A stretch of 64,000 bases of DNA from Pavona decussata (lineage: Eukaryota), in NCBI GenBank assembly GCA_977016875.1, contig CDRNST010000093.1, positions 558,001 through 622,000 on the forward strand, given 5' to 3'. Of this stretch, positions 36,536-49,188 are shown one piece after another. The notes beneath the pieces are model-generated. The model was not told the origin of the DNA. It saw only the letters and a list, made by a program, of their open reading frames with translations, and searched no databases. Positions within the stretch are counted from its first letter, which is position 1. Each line of letters opens with the position of its first letter. The position numbers and the translations under genes were made by a program.

Positions 36536-39500
36536 GGTATGCCAAAGATTCCGAAAACTTTATCCTGGGAAATTTCTGTTTCAATCGATTCCTCATCCAG
36601 AATTTCTGGTCGAATGGAAAGGGTCCCTTCATAACAGGCAAATACCCTATGGCCAATAAAGCTGTTTATCAAAAAACAAATTCTCCTATCTCGTCCCCAT
36701 ACTTTTCTTATCAAAGTACTGGGGAGAAGTTATTAAAATATCAAGAAAATTCAATTTAGATGATCATGCATATCCTTAATTCTCATGACCTAAGGGGTTG
36801 GATAAACATTGATATTACAAGGAGAATTTGATGCTGATCACTGTTAAGGCTTAAAGGGTTCACACACTGAAAATAAGTGCGTGCGAGTAACGAAACTTTT
36901 GATATTAATTTTAGCCCATCAATCCCTTTAGTTATCGATCAGATTATTGTTACTTCTATCATAGTCATTATCTTACTGCTATTTTCTTTCTTTTCGCAGA
37001 CTGTGGCATTAAAGTTAAAAAATACAGACTTGACGAATTACACTAGCTGCCTGGGGCTACTCCAGCAAGTTGCTAACGCATATGAGGTCAAATTGTTTCA
37101 CCGGAAGACAGTGCATGAATTTCTCTGGGGATACACTGATCCCCTGCTTAACACAATAGTCAATTTAAAATCTCCAGCTTGTCCCAGCACTGCCGCAGAA
37201 GGAGCATCATCATATGTACAGTTGCAGGTGTGTGACTCCTACCATGTTTTCTCGGTTTTAGATCAGTGATGATCGTGGTTATGTCAGGGTTATTAATAGG
37301 GAGCATTTAATTAGCAACGACGATGACGACGGCAGCGGCAGCGGAATCGTCACTGTTAACATGAATTCGCGTTTCTTCAAACGTCGTCGCGATTATTCCA
37401 ACTGGCCTTAAATGTCAAATGTCTGGAATAACTTGGGCAAATTGAACATTAAATATTATTTGTTCGTCTGGTTATGTCTCTAGTTTAAAGACAGACACAA
37501 GAAGCATTATGCGTCTGGTGGACGAACTATCTTCCGTTGTCCGTCTTCAACGACGCTCAACGGAAGCTATTTTTCTAGACTGATAATGCGTCTTGTGCCC
37601 GTCTTTGTACTTGAGACGCATAACCAGACGAACAACAAATGTTTGCCTAAGTTCGTCCAGACGGATAATGCGTCCTCTAGTATATTAAAGACTAATGTCA
37701 CCTCAAACAGTCCTTCCCAGGAGTGCACTCACCCGAATGATCATGATTTACGTACTTATAACCTGGATTTTTTTTCTGTTTTGCTAGTATAACAACACAT
37801 ATTATGGCATCAGTGCTGTTAATACTGGACAAGTGGACATAGAAAAACTGGAGCAATTCACTATGTGGAGAGGAGCACCGTAAGCAATTCGAAACAGCTC
37901 TTGGATGTAACTTTTGTAGCTCGCTAACTGATGATCTATGTCACCCCGTAAAGGGCGTCGCTTACATGTTTTATTGCGCATTCGTTCTGCGCACCTCGGA
38001 ATGCATGTTTCCACAAACGCGGGTTCCTTCAAGAACGGTACCCACTAACGTAGAAGTATTTTTGCGAGGTTTAAATTGCTATTCGGGAAAAAGCAGATCT
38101 TAGCAAGGGCCATTGCAATCTGAAAAGGAAACTGCGGTGACCACGCATTTTTGAAAGATAATTAAGCTTTAATTCAGTTTGGGGAAATGTCATACACTGT
38201 TATGTAGTTTAAATCTTTTTAGAATTATGATCACTTAATTATCTTTGAACAGTTTGCGTGGTCACCCCCAATTTTCTTTTCGGATTAAAATAGCTCTGGC
38301 TTAGATCTGCTTTATCCGCAAAGTCATAATTTCAAAGTTGCGCAAAAACTAGCTCGGTATTTGGAGGTACCATCATTAAATTAGGCCAATACCGGGCTCA
38401 ATACACACAACTCCATGGGCACCCGGCCAAGAACGAGGCGAAGAAAGTGACTGCTAACTGTAACAACACTCTGAAGCGTTCAAGACTGATGGTTTTCACA
38501 ATTGGAAATTTGAAAAGAATATTTACACTGAAGAAAACTGTTAAATTCTTCTTACTTCAGTCACAAGCATTCAAATTACCATAAAATGGCTCCTTATATC
38601 GCCAGACGACTTAAAAAATTGGCTGTTTCGACGCGTCCCCCTCGTTCAAGACAGGAAAAACGCACTAGCCAAACACTGATTTTTAATAGAAATTCACTTT
38701 GTTAGATTTTTAAACTTGGTGACTTGTTCTTATTTTCCAGCCAATTAAGTTGGTGGAGTGACAGATATGCAAACATGATCAATGGCACAGGCAAGTGTAC
38801 ACAAAATCTGTAGCGTACATCTATGTGCAATAAGGACAGAGTTCACAGTATTTCTGTCGTTTGATCTGCGAATAGGCCATTTTCATGATGGCGTCATTTT
38901 ACTACAACTACCAGAATCCTTCTGGTTTTTCTTTTCTCATACTAATTAGAGCTATTGTTCACTGGGATTACAAAATTTGCATTTGAAAAGGAAAACGAAA
39001 TGAATTCTGGTAGTTGTAGTAAAATGACGCCATAGTGAAAATGTCCTATTCTAGTTCTCTGTTACTAAGATATCCAGTCAACCCTCATTGTCTCTTACCA
39101 TTGAATTTACTTCGCACAGCCTGTGACAGACCCTAAAATTTTCTGGCGGGAAACCAAGACGGTCCGCAAGGAAAGATATTATTTCCGTTGCCATATTTTA
39201 GTTAGACAACTAGTACACCCTTAATTTTCTTAGCGATAGTAAAAAAAAAAAAAAAAAAGCCTGAAAACACGAGCGCACGCGAAAACTGCCCCAACTCCAT
39301 TTTAAGGTCTACATAACTGGATTTGAGTGTGCAAATGGAAAGATTCGAGTCGGCCACTTGCTATGATGTTCGATCACCCTCAGACGCATTGAAGAGGGGA
39401 AGACTCTGCCTTCGAGATTAGAATTGCGCTCAATTATATACCTTTTCGCTAGCCCCGATTGGGAATTTAAAACATATATTTAGCATTTTCAGCCCTTGGG

Positions 39501-42500
39501 GCATCAAGGCTTACGCTCGCAAAAAAATTATCCAAACAGTCGATCTTGACTTTGTTCTGTACCATTTTGCACTCATCCGGTAGCTTGCGTTGCTTGTGAC
39601 GGTCTGTTTTTTTTCCCAAACTTTTTTTCCATTCTAGGTATTTTCACAATATGTTGAAAAGTATGAAAATTTGACCAGATTTAATTATCTGAACCTTTTT
39701 GCATGCAGATGGAACTCAGTTCACTCCAAGAGTTTCGAAAGACGACAAATTGTATATCTTCTCTCCCGATATTTGCAGGTAGGTTTGTGCCAGGAAATCA
39801 CACTTGCTGACCCAGGTTCAGACCAAACTATGTAACAAATCCATTCATACCCGTTTTTAAACCTAGTCTCTAAAATCCATACTCATTTTCAGACTATAGA
39901 GCAGGTTCAAGTCAGTGTTGTAAAACCAAGCCCAATGTTATTGCTCTAGCCAATCACAAAAGATGCAAACAGCACAATGAACCAATCACAAATCGAACCA
40001 AATACATGCAAGCGGTGCCAAGCGCGGGAAAACGCGTGCGACCAAGGCACGATTGGTTTTGGTTTTGCTTCTCACTGGTTATTGATAATGTGATTGTAAC
40101 GTATGGAAACGTCCTTAACTAGATCTCAGCCTTTGTTCTGTCTTAATATGTTCTTAAAACTTGGGTTAAAATTCCCAACTAGACGTTCTTATCAAAAAGT
40201 TCTTATACTGAACTTACTCATTGCACCAAAGTAAATCGTGGTTGTGAAAAAAGGATGAAATTACGATATTTTATTTATAATCAAAAGTATATATACTTGA
40301 AATTCAATAACAACCCCGCTAACTCAACATGTTTTTCTGTGTCCCTTGGAAGTTCGAGTTGGCGGGGCTTGTCTGGAAACAATTTTAGTATGACCTAATA
40401 TCTTTAACGAAAATTTGATATAGCCATTAAAATTGGTTTCCAGTGGTCTCTGTCTTCCCTATAGGAAGGCGCACTTTTCATCAAACAAAAAACAAAACAA
40501 ATCATGCAAGGATCAGTAGGTGTCGATAGAAATTTAGAAACCGTAAATGACTGCAACAAGTTTAAACCATTTTTATTGAGTGTTAGTTTGTATTTTCCCA
40601 CAGAGCGCTGTACGTCACTTATCAATCTACGGAGAAGGTCAAGAAGATTGAACTGTACCGCTTTACAGTGCCAGATGAAGTGTACCTAAGCGGGGATGTG
40701 AATCCATCAAATAAGGGATTCTGTGTCCCCCCGGGCTGTCTACCAACTGGTTTGCTCAATGTCAGCCTCTGCCAGCCAATGAGTAAGTCAAGCTAGCCTC
40801 ATGAGTTGTATTGTTTACAAGTTTTATGGACGGTGCCTACTAATACTGAATTATTTTTGCACGGCTCATTACTGTGCGGGAAAAATAGATCTTAGCAAGG
40901 GCTATTGAAAACCAACAAGAAAATTGGGGGTTACCGCGTATTTTTATTAGAGATAAATAAGCAACAAGTATTCTAAAAAGCAGTAAAATACAAAGCAATG
41001 TATGGCGTTTTTTTCCAAATTGAAGCTTTATTATCTCTGAAAAGTGCATGGTTACCCCCTATATATTTTCTTTTTGGATATGGAAAGCACTTGCTAAAAA
41101 AAAGTTCTGCTTTCTCCGCATGATTTTAAACCGCGCAAAAATATCCCTGTATAAATAGGCACCACCCATAGGAAACCCGAGTATCTCGAGATGCGTATGC
41201 GCAGTAACAAAATTAGGCACCGTACTTAAATAACATATCATAGCGCAATTCAGATATTATGCATCAGTCAACTTCCTGCAGTGCCATTCCTTCCCCCGCG
41301 GGGGGGCATTAGAAGGGCATTCCACATTGCCCGCTATTCCGGGAGTTGTGTGTTAGTCTACGTCGGACACTTAACGGCCTCATCAGTTTTCACCTTACAA
41401 TACTGTCGCTTCGTTTCAATGATAAATTCATCAGCAAAGACAATGACTACGTTCGGGGAGGACATAACTGATGATACTATGCAAAAGATGTAGCCGGTAT
41501 ACACTCAGGCACTTACACCAGCGCGCGCGGTTGAGCGCAAGAGCCGGTCATCTTCTGTTGAAAAGCACTATAGTGACCAACACTGTATAACCCCGAAAGA
41601 CCTTGACAAACTGAGTATTTCAACCTCAGTTAAGGAGTGTTAAAGTAAGTTCGATTGCCTAGGGCATGCAATGTTGCTAATTAAATTGTTATCACCATCT
41701 TTAAAGGGGCAGTTTCACTTATTTCAAGTGTCTGAATAGCTGAATAGCTTTGAATAGCAAAAAATCATATTTGTATTGATTGGAACATTAAAATAATGGT
41801 TCATTTGTTAACAATAACCCTACAAGGGCACACAAACTGGTATCAATCATTTCTGCCTGCAGATGGCTTGGATGGAAATGGATTGCAACTTGAAAATATT
41901 GGCCAATGTTTTCAAGTTCCTACTGTGAATTTTGAAGAAACTGCTAAAAATCTACTTATAGTTTACTCTTCCGCGGCTAAACCATTTCATATTTTCTTTC
42001 CAGTGCCCTAAGAGCAATTTCACGTTAAAGAAGGGGTTTTTTTTGTCAAATATGCATTGAGCCGTTTTGGCCAACATACAGCAAACTCTCCGTAACCTTG
42101 CCCCTTTACATGTAAATGTCCAATCTGACTCAATTCGAGTTAAACTACTTGCATGACGTTACATAATTATTTCTGATTATGTTAATCTTCAGCGAACTAT
42201 TTTCTGATAGCTTTTTTAATCATTTTGAATTTGAAAATGACGCCATGACGACTACGAAACGTGGTTTCATTTAATCGTTGATTTTTACTTCACGCTTAGA
42301 AATTTTGTCCCCTCGCGCTAAAATTTTCTGCAACTTGGAAGCTGAGCTAAAGAATCAAAACAGCTAAAACTGTGCAGGAGTACTAAAATATCACATTTAA
42401 AGGTGGATCGAAAACGATCTTGCAAAAGAAAAAATGGCATTTCGTTTGGTGTCCTTAATATACAGAGATAGGCTAGTCTTGTTAAACTCCCCATAAATAG

Positions 42501-45500
42501 CTAATTGCAAAAGACTAAATCATGTCCATTCAAAACGATTCTTGTTGTAAGACATTCAAATCATACACGGAGTCATTACAATACACTACAAACTTTAATG
42601 ACACTTCCTAAAAATGGCTTTTCAGTGACAACAACAATAAATTTACAACATTGTAAATCAAAACGACAGTAAATATAAAAGGGTAAATTTCGGGAAATTT
42701 CTAAAGCGATGCTGGGGCATAGTTTCACGTTCCAGCTCCTCAAGTAGGCAATAATTGTTTCATGCTAACAAGAGGCTTTATTTTGGTCATTTTTAAGATC
42801 CCCCGGTTGCCTTTTCTCCGCCGCATTTCTATCAATCAAACAAGTCTTTATTAGAAACGGTGAACGGACTCGATCCGGTGAAAAGTGAGCATGAAACCTA
42901 CCTCGACGTGGAACCGGTAAGAAAAGGGTTGGGGAGAGCTAATTTGGTTTGTTGTAGCCACCCTCGCAATCGTTTCAGTTTAGGGGGTCAAACAGTATTA
43001 CTCTCTATTAAGCGAGACATCCAGCGTCGTGAAAACACAACCTCTAGACCCCGCTAGAAACGACTGCATGGGAAGCTTATTGATGCTTTCATTACAAGCT
43101 CGCGTCACTAGAGAGCGTTTAACATCTAATTACGAGTGGGATGACGACTTTTGAGTGCAAGCGGCAGTGGGGGAATTTTAACGGGTTGTAAGACTTTGTA
43201 TGGGGAATAAAATATTGTCGATTCCGAACTTTAAATAATGCTAAATTTTAACTTTCATTCAATAAAATGAATAAAACTGACGCTCCTCTGGTTTATTTTT
43301 ATGCGTTTAGTGGTTATTTCACAGTTTAAAGCATTCTTCGAGACCGGCTAGTAAGGGCCATCATCCCACCAGTAATTAATTATTACACGCTCACTAGTGA
43401 TGTGAGCTTGGGCTGCCTGTGCTTTAATTCACATTTTGCACAAGATTAAACTGTTCACTTTTCCCCCGTCCACAATAACGCGCCTTCCTTTAAAAACGCA
43501 CACATTTGGATGCCTTTTGGATTTGCGTCCACACTAAAATAGTCCAAAACGCTGATCGTTCCTATGGAAACGCATACATTAGAGACCGCTCTCTAGAATG
43601 AAGACGTTTGAAAACTGAACGATCGTACGAGTGTGGACAGCGAAATCAGAGATTTCACGCAAAAAATCCACAAACATCGACATCGCGACCGCGTCTATTT
43701 GTCGCATGCACAGGTTTCTGAAAGTAACGTTTTACGTAGCGTATCAGTCGAGTACAACGCGTTTCAAAGACGCATAAATGTGGATGTAGCATTAGACAAG
43801 TTGATTAATTAACAAACACACGTACATACTGCAGCGATCACCGTCTATGTGTGACATGTTTTTTCATGCCTCTGTTTGGACGGGTCCGGGTCCACAACAA
43901 ATTGTTCAAGAAAATTTCTCAAAATCATTAATAATTTAAAAGCCAAAGGCAAAGGAAATCATGCACTGTGACGTGTTTGGATATCTTTTGCATCCTTAAT
44001 TTCCCCTTCAGAATCAATTTGTTTGAGAAGTTATATCAAACACTCGTCACAGTGTTTCATCACAATATCAAAAACCTCGAAGTTCGTCAAAAATACTCCG
44101 CTATGCGTCGCATTTTCAACTCTCTTCTCGGTGTTTGATATGCGATGAAACACTGTGTCTCGTGTTTGATATATTGAAGAGACTGTGCGAGGTTCTGTAC
44201 TTATCTGTTTTTGTTTGTTTGTTTGTTTGTTTGTTTATTAATTTCAAAAACAGATAACTGGAATTGTCATGCGCGCTGCGAAAAGGGTTCAGATCAACGT
44301 GGCTTTGGAATCAGTGGATACTATTAAGTAAGTAACATAATTTCATGCTTGTATCAAAAAGATTTAACCACTCCTAAAAATGATGTTACACGAGACGATT
44401 TGCAACGACGATTTTCGGCGAAACACTGTCACGCAGAAAGCACGCGGACGATTTTCTTCGTATTTTTCGTAATTCCCAGCTTTTTTTGTTTTGGTTGCTT
44501 GCTGTTTTTTTTCCGTATTGTTTGGAAGAGTCTGGGAAAGAACAGAAAGTCCGCTGGTCGGAAAATTTGCATTGTGGGCACAAAATATCCGCTATTTTTG
44601 ACAAATCCAAAATGGCGTCACGGTCACGTCTGATGAATACAGAGGAAGCTTTGAAAAAAATTTCAGCGGATAGAGACTCGGATTTAGGCGAAGAATGCCT
44701 GTTAGACAGTAAAGAAGATGTTTCGAAATACAGTGATATTAGTTGCGAGGTGGAAGATGTAGTTGAAAGCACCGTAGAAAGCTAAAGTTCCGTTGAAAGT
44801 GACAGTGATGTGAGTGAAGAGTAGTCCGTTATTTCTCGTAGCGATAATAAAGAGTGCACGAAACACGCGCAATTGGCTCCCACGAGAACAATAACGACCT
44901 ACTCCTAGTCTAATGACTCCTCTATTTGGTATATATATTATACCATTCCTTTGTTTTCATCAAGCTACTACAGCTTTTCACTTTCCCATCTTTATTCGCA
45001 GGCAGACAACTGGAAAATTTAAACCAGTTTTCCTTCCTGTTATGTTCGTCAATGAGGTACGTTAATATTACCCTTCAGGATTAATTAGCACCGAGAAAAG
45101 TTGTTATTTTCGTGATGGAAGATGTTGATTGCCTACAACATTACATCCCACCATTCCCCCCCCCCCCCCCCCAATCCCAACGTCGTTCCAAGGTTTTCCC
45201 CCTGTAAACAGGCCATTTTGTTAGTTCCTTTGAACCTCATTATGAAAGCGAGGCTTCATGGACAGTTTTTATTATGAAAATTAGTTTTCACTCATATGCA
45301 AACGGTGCTAATTCTCACACGAAGAGCTCTACACTCAATCTCGCTCTCGTACTGAGATTCAACACCTGTTCAAAGCAACTCGAAAATGGCCTAATGGGAG
45401 GGTCGTCTTTCCAAATTTACGAGGTAAAACCCTTGGGAACGAACCTACAGTGTAACCTGCAACAAGTTAAAAAAATAAATAAACAAATAAATAAAATAAA

Positions 45501-46637
45501 TAAAATAAAAAAAAAAAAAAAAACAAGTTAAGTCGCGATCTCAAATGACACCTCAGCAGGGCTTCTGGCTGTAGACTGGCTACCTTTTATGATTAAAAGG
45601 CATTCTAGACAGACAGGTAGAAATGCTTCTAATCAGTATTAAATGATCAAGTGATAGAGAAAATAGTTTTTTTTTGGGGGGGGGGGGGGAGGGGGGTTGT
45701 TCAGCAGCACAATCCTCACTCAGCGTGACATTGTTAAAAATGCCGTAAAAATTGAAAAACTAGGTCATAAATTAATTTCCCACAACGAAGTTAGCAAAAG
45801 GGTGGACGTTTCTTAGAGGTCTAATCAAATTGAAAAAATATGAAATTTTTAAAAAGGCGATTTTTTACATGTATGGCCTGTATAGAGTGCGGGCAGGGGG
45901 AGCCTGCTGGACATACATTTTTTCCAAGAATCGTAGAAGTCAAATTCTATCTGCAAAACTTCGCATTTTTACATACAAACATACTTTATTGCCACTTCTC
46001 CAAAGAGGATTTTCGGAGGCAATATAATTATACAGTTAAGCAAAAAATTAATCATTAAACTAAAAGAAATGCTGTAATAATCATGATAATTATAACAATA
46101 GTCTAGTTGACTTAAATAGAACAAATAACATAGCATAATCAAGTGGACGAAGTGCAAAAGTAACTTAAGAGGCGAGACCTAAGGCGGCGTTTAGACACGT
46201 TAACCGATTTGCAAAGTTTAAGATCTTTTGATAAGGAATTCCATAAAGTAACTGCCCAAGTTCATTATGCTCAATTCAATCACATACTTTGTTTTTCATT
46301 TTGTTCCGTGTTTAAAATGGCAGCTCGATGAGCCCGTAACAAATATGGGTGCATGTTGTGGATGTTTCAAGGCCAGCGTCTAAAAACACCATCCATACGC
46401 TCATATGTATACTCCATCTCTTTTTTTCCACCTTATGTCTCTTCAGAGCGCTCTGATCAGTGACGAGAAAGCGAGGGAATTCCGTTGTAAGGTTTACAGA
46501 GCCATCATGTTAACAAAAGTGGTTCAATATCTTCTAATTGCACTGGGTCTCCTTTCCTTACTGGTGGCCTTTGTATTCATTTTTATGATGATTTCCCGTC
46601 GAGAGGTAAGTTTGACCTGGTGCTTTTATCATCATCA

Positions 46638-46691
<54 letters not shown>

Positions 46692-48671
46692 GTCAAGTTG
46701 AGCTGATTTTAAAACACTGAATTTCATTTAACTTTTTTAACAAATTCCGTAAATGGGTTATATTTATAGCTGATTCGTTCCATTACACTCATTGATTCAT
46801 TTCACAAACACGAGAAAAGAACAAAGTATAAACCTGAGTCCGAAAAACTGCATCTCACAAATCTAAGATTTAGATTACAAGGATGCGGGATTTAACAGAG
46901 CAATATTTCTTTGTTTATTTCAACAACATCATCAGGCAATGACCACAAATAGAAAAGGCTACAAAAAAAATGTTAAAATAAACAACTAAATATTGCTCTG
47001 TTAAATCCCGCATCCTTGTAATCTAAATCCTAGATTTGTGAGATGCAATCTCGATGGCAAAGGATTTTACGAGCAAATAAAGAAGTTCAGTACATGCCCA
47101 ACATATTGAAAAGTGTTTCCCCGTAACATATACGTCTTGCCTTTAAAATGAAAGGCAATGCGTTTTTCTAGGTAGTTACTTTGCAGATTGCCGAACGTAT
47201 ATCAGGGTGAACTTAGCGTAATATGTTGAATAGTGGAGTGAGATTAGCTTTACAAAACTGTGTAATTTACCAAGAATGCGTGACTGGGTAGATATTCTTT
47301 GTGAAATCTTGATAAGTTGAAAGGTCACAACTCAAAAACTATTTCAGTATCATATCAAGCTCAAATTTTCTGGGAGCGCTAAAATTTCCGAGCTCTTTCA
47401 GTATTTTATAGAGAGCGTTTACCGTTTACAGTCGAGCTTCCCGTAAACGGACATTCTTGGGGCCAGAAAAAAGTGTCCGCTTAAGAGAGGTGTCCGATTA
47501 TCGGAGGTTAAAAATGTAGTGTTTGTATGTAGCTGAGAACATGACCAAGTGTCTGCTTACGAGAGGCAGTTCGACTGTATTTGTAGCTTGGTTTGTCGTT
47601 TGTGTTAATGTGTGCTAATTCCTGGATAATTAGGATAAACATGTAAACAAAGATCCGCCCATAGGGTTTAATTAATTATTTGGAGTGTGCATTTGATTTG
47701 AGGCCAAGTGGAAATCGAATTACTGTGAGGAGAGACTCTCATGCCTATCTAATATCCTCTTGCCTAAACAATAAATGCCGGTTAGCGACTGGGTACGAGG
47801 TTGGGGTAGTTTAATAACTTCCGGGGGTTGCTGCGTTCGGCATTTATAAACATTAAAATTTGCCAAATGTAGTTGTTACTTTCGGGAAGTTTTTAATAGG
47901 CCTTAAGCTTGTTCATTAAGCGTTTTGATTATATTCCTTTTTATCCACGATTTTCAGAATCAGTATCAAAAACGATATACTCAGAGGTAGTGTAAAAAAA
48001 AACCCCGTACTCTTGCTTCGAGGGAGACTACATGCATATTAGTACCTTCAGTTTGGTTTTATTTTGCCCACGGTGTTCAGTGATTCAAAGCATTTCTTTC
48101 TTGTGCGTGTTAACATATGACGCGAAAACAAAAATTTTCCATTGTCCATCTTTAGGATGGGTTTCCTCACAAACCAATAGGAATAAAGAAAAAGCCTGAC
48201 ACAGTTTGTCAGCCTTTTATCTCCTGATTGACATTGTGCAGTCTGTTTGGTTGTGCGCCTTTACGTAAGAGTGGGTAATTCAGTTAAGTACACGTCGCTA
48301 GTATTGAGTTTGCAGGCCTCTGAGCGCTTATGTATCCGACAAAATAAAAAAAAAATTGATATTTTCGCAAACTTCAATTTATCAGCTTTACAGTGATATA
48401 CAGTTTTCCGTGGTTTTATCGAAATCAGCGCGCGCGTACGGTAGATTTCCCTGGAGGCACTCGCGAAACATGGCAGTAACCGTAATGCAAGTCTCAAATG
48501 AGTCTTTCTGGAATACCCTCGTTTTAAAGTAATGCACCCTCACGTAATTACAAATTTTATACTCTCACAAGCATAATATACTCGCCTGATTTGTAATAAC
48601 ATTTAATTCAGACTGGCTCAGACGATGAAAAGACATCTCTTCTTAGCAAGCAAGATATTAATAAGGAATGA
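30920..48671 (+). CDS. SCARB2: CD36-family class B scavenger receptor, LIMP-2/SCARB2-like (whole gene span; ~514 aa, or ~530 aa with the optional 48156-48203 exon)
   Basis: Exon phases join without stops. It has N- and C-terminal TM helices, the motifs FNLTNPDEV, GPFSYRE, EFLWGYTDP, WWSDRYANMINGTDG, GLLNVSLC, SPPHFY and LDVEPITG..AAKRVQIN, and a C-terminal DEKTSLL. Family assignment is secure; orthology to SCARB2 vs SCARB1/CD36 needs a tree. Confidence 0.93.
31964..32140. other. Assembly gap (N run) in intron 1 of the CD36-family gene
   Basis: Run of N. Confidence 1.
34664..34821 (+). CDS. CD36/SCARB2-like exon 2
   Basis: tag|EVQLKPGSLVYKEWANASTPIYMQYFMFNLTNPDEVMDGAIPNVTQMGPFSYR|gtatgt. Confidence 0.95.
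35066..35297. mobile_element. Fold-back MITE
   Basis: Arms of ~85 bp: taacgttgtcgg...aagctaaaagacaagaccg...catcaaaatca and its reverse complement. Confidence 0.8.
35429..35482. repeat. (TAA)n microsatellite
   Basis: Read directly from the sequence. Confidence 0.95.
36286..36439 (+). CDS. CD36/SCARB2-like exon 3
   Basis: cag|ELRSNEVLNWTSDKSIVTFMPNRTYIFDPETSCAGCDDRNDSFVTVNIPLL|gtaagg. Confidence 0.95.
36446..36535. repeat. (ATA)30 microsatellite immediately after the exon 3 donor
   Basis: Read directly; it explains the poly-I and poly-L ORFs in the track. Confidence 0.95.
37000..37227 (+). CDS. CD36/SCARB2-like exon 4
   Basis: cag|TVALKLK...TVHEFLWGYTDPLL...YVQLQ|gtgtgt. Confidence 0.95.
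37788..37879 (+). CDS. CD36/SCARB2-like exon 5
   Basis: tag|YNNTYYGISAVNTGQVDIEKLEQFTMWRGAP|gtaagc. Confidence 0.93.
38741..38790 (+). CDS. CD36/SCARB2-like exon 6 (GC donor)
   Basis: cag|QLSWWSDRYANMINGT|gcaagt. Confidence 0.9.
38871..39050. mobile_element. MITE, AATAGG...CCTATT family, copy A
   Basis: TIRs of ~45 bp; a second copy lies at 54751-54940. Confidence 0.9.
39709..39778 (+). CDS. CD36/SCARB2-like exon 7
   Basis: cag|DGTQFTPRVSKDDKLYIFSPDICR|gtaggt. Confidence 0.93.
40604..40782 (+). CDS. CD36/SCARB2-like exon 8
   Basis: cag|ALYVTYQSTEKVKKIELYRFTVP...NKGFCVPPGCLPTGLLNVSLCQPM|gtaagt. Confidence 0.95.
40828..41229. mobile_element. Non-autonomous DNA transposon (GGACGGTGCCTA...TAGGCACCGTACTTAA); related copy at ~38030-38380
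   Basis: Inverted termini and shared internal sequence (agatcttagcaaggg..attg). Confidence 0.7.
41701..42109. mobile_element. TTAAAGGGG-type element (Kolobok/Crypton-like)
   Basis: TTAAAGGGGCA...TGCCCCTTTA termini. Confidence 0.65.
42798..42916 (+). CDS. CD36/SCARB2-like exon 9
   Basis: aag|NPPVAFSPPHFYQSNKSLLETVNGLDPVKSEHETYLDVEP|gtaaga. Confidence 0.95.
44030..44172. mobile_element. Palindromic MITE
   Basis: tatatcaaacac...cacagtgtttcatc / gatgaaacactgtg...gtgtttgatata. Confidence 0.8.
44254..44327 (+). CDS. CD36/SCARB2-like exon 10
   Basis: cag|ITGIVMRAAKRVQINVALESVDTIK|gtaagt. Confidence 0.95.
44612..44830 (+). mobile_element. Remnant resembling the acidic N-terminus of a piggyBac-type transposase
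   Basis: MASRSRLMNTEEALKKISADRDSDLGEE...SDSDVSEE, with internal stops and no catalytic domain following. Confidence 0.45.
45002..45056 (+). CDS. CD36/SCARB2-like exon 11
   Basis: cag|QTTGKFKPVFLPVMFVNE|gtacgt. Confidence 0.93.
46165..46258 (-). mobile_element. LINE ORF2 3'-end fragment
   Basis: Translates AVTLWNSLSKDLKLCKSVNVSKRRLRSRLL. Confidence 0.6.
46447..46605 (+). CDS. CD36/SCARB2-like exon 12 (C-terminal TM)
   Basis: cag|SALISDEKAREFRCKVYRAIMLTKVVQYLLIALGLLSLLVAFVFIFMMISRRE|gtaagt. Confidence 0.95.
46628..46691. repeat. (CAT)n(TAT)n compound microsatellite
   Basis: Read directly from the sequence. Confidence 0.95.
46849..47047. repeat. Long inverted repeat, 60-bp arms with 1 mismatch
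   Basis: 46849-46908 pairs with 46988-47047. Confidence 0.9.
47427..47579. mobile_element. Tc1/mariner-pogo-like MITE
   Basis: TA|CAGTCGA...TCGACTG|TA. Confidence 0.75.
48156..48203 (+). CDS. Optional in-frame cytoplasmic-tail exon (DGFPHKPIGIKKKPDT)
   Basis: ccatctttag acceptor, 48 nt, phase 0-0, weak gtttgt donor. Confidence 0.4.
48612..48671 (+). CDS. Last coding exon, TGSDDEKTSLLSKQDINKE* (acidic dileucine motif)
   Basis: ttcag acceptor, phase 0. The [DE]xxxLL motif resembles the LIMP-2 tail. A gtaaga donor lies 3 nt after the stop. Confidence 0.8.
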   Translation, partial: TGSDDEKTSLLSKQDINKE

Positions 48672-49188
48672 TGGGTAAGACAAGACATCATTTCTTATTC
48701 ATATAAAATGCTTTTGGTTATCTCTACCTTGTTGCTGTTCGATCTCTCCTTCGGCATAGGTCTCTTCAGGGTGATGGGGTGGGGATAGAAACGGGGCCTA
48801 GACCAAGAAGCGGTCCCCCCCCCCCCCATCCCCCATTTGGGGGCGACAAGGCGACAATTTTTTTTTTGGACAGCAATGGACGATCATTCCAAACCTGAAG
48901 GGCTGGAGATATTTAATTTTTATTAGAAACGCGTTGTTGTTTGATGTAATCTCTTAAAATCGTCGCCAACCTGTCAAATCGTTGCTTTTCTCACGAAAAC
49001 GATCACGTGACATGTCACGTGATCTATGGCACTACTTATTATGCTTGGAAATGTTAAGGATGACAAGACCTTTTTATCTGCCAAATTCCAGTTCAGTGTC
49101 ATTCAATTTGTTAAAGTTATCTCGAATAAACCATTTTTCCTCTTAAAAGCCCTTAACCAAGGCCTTAAACTGCTTGAGCTGTTCAGAC

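Noticed and set aside
36193-36714. Poly-Ile and poly-Leu ORFs
   Set aside because: Translations of the (ATA)n microsatellite; only 36286-36439 is exonic.
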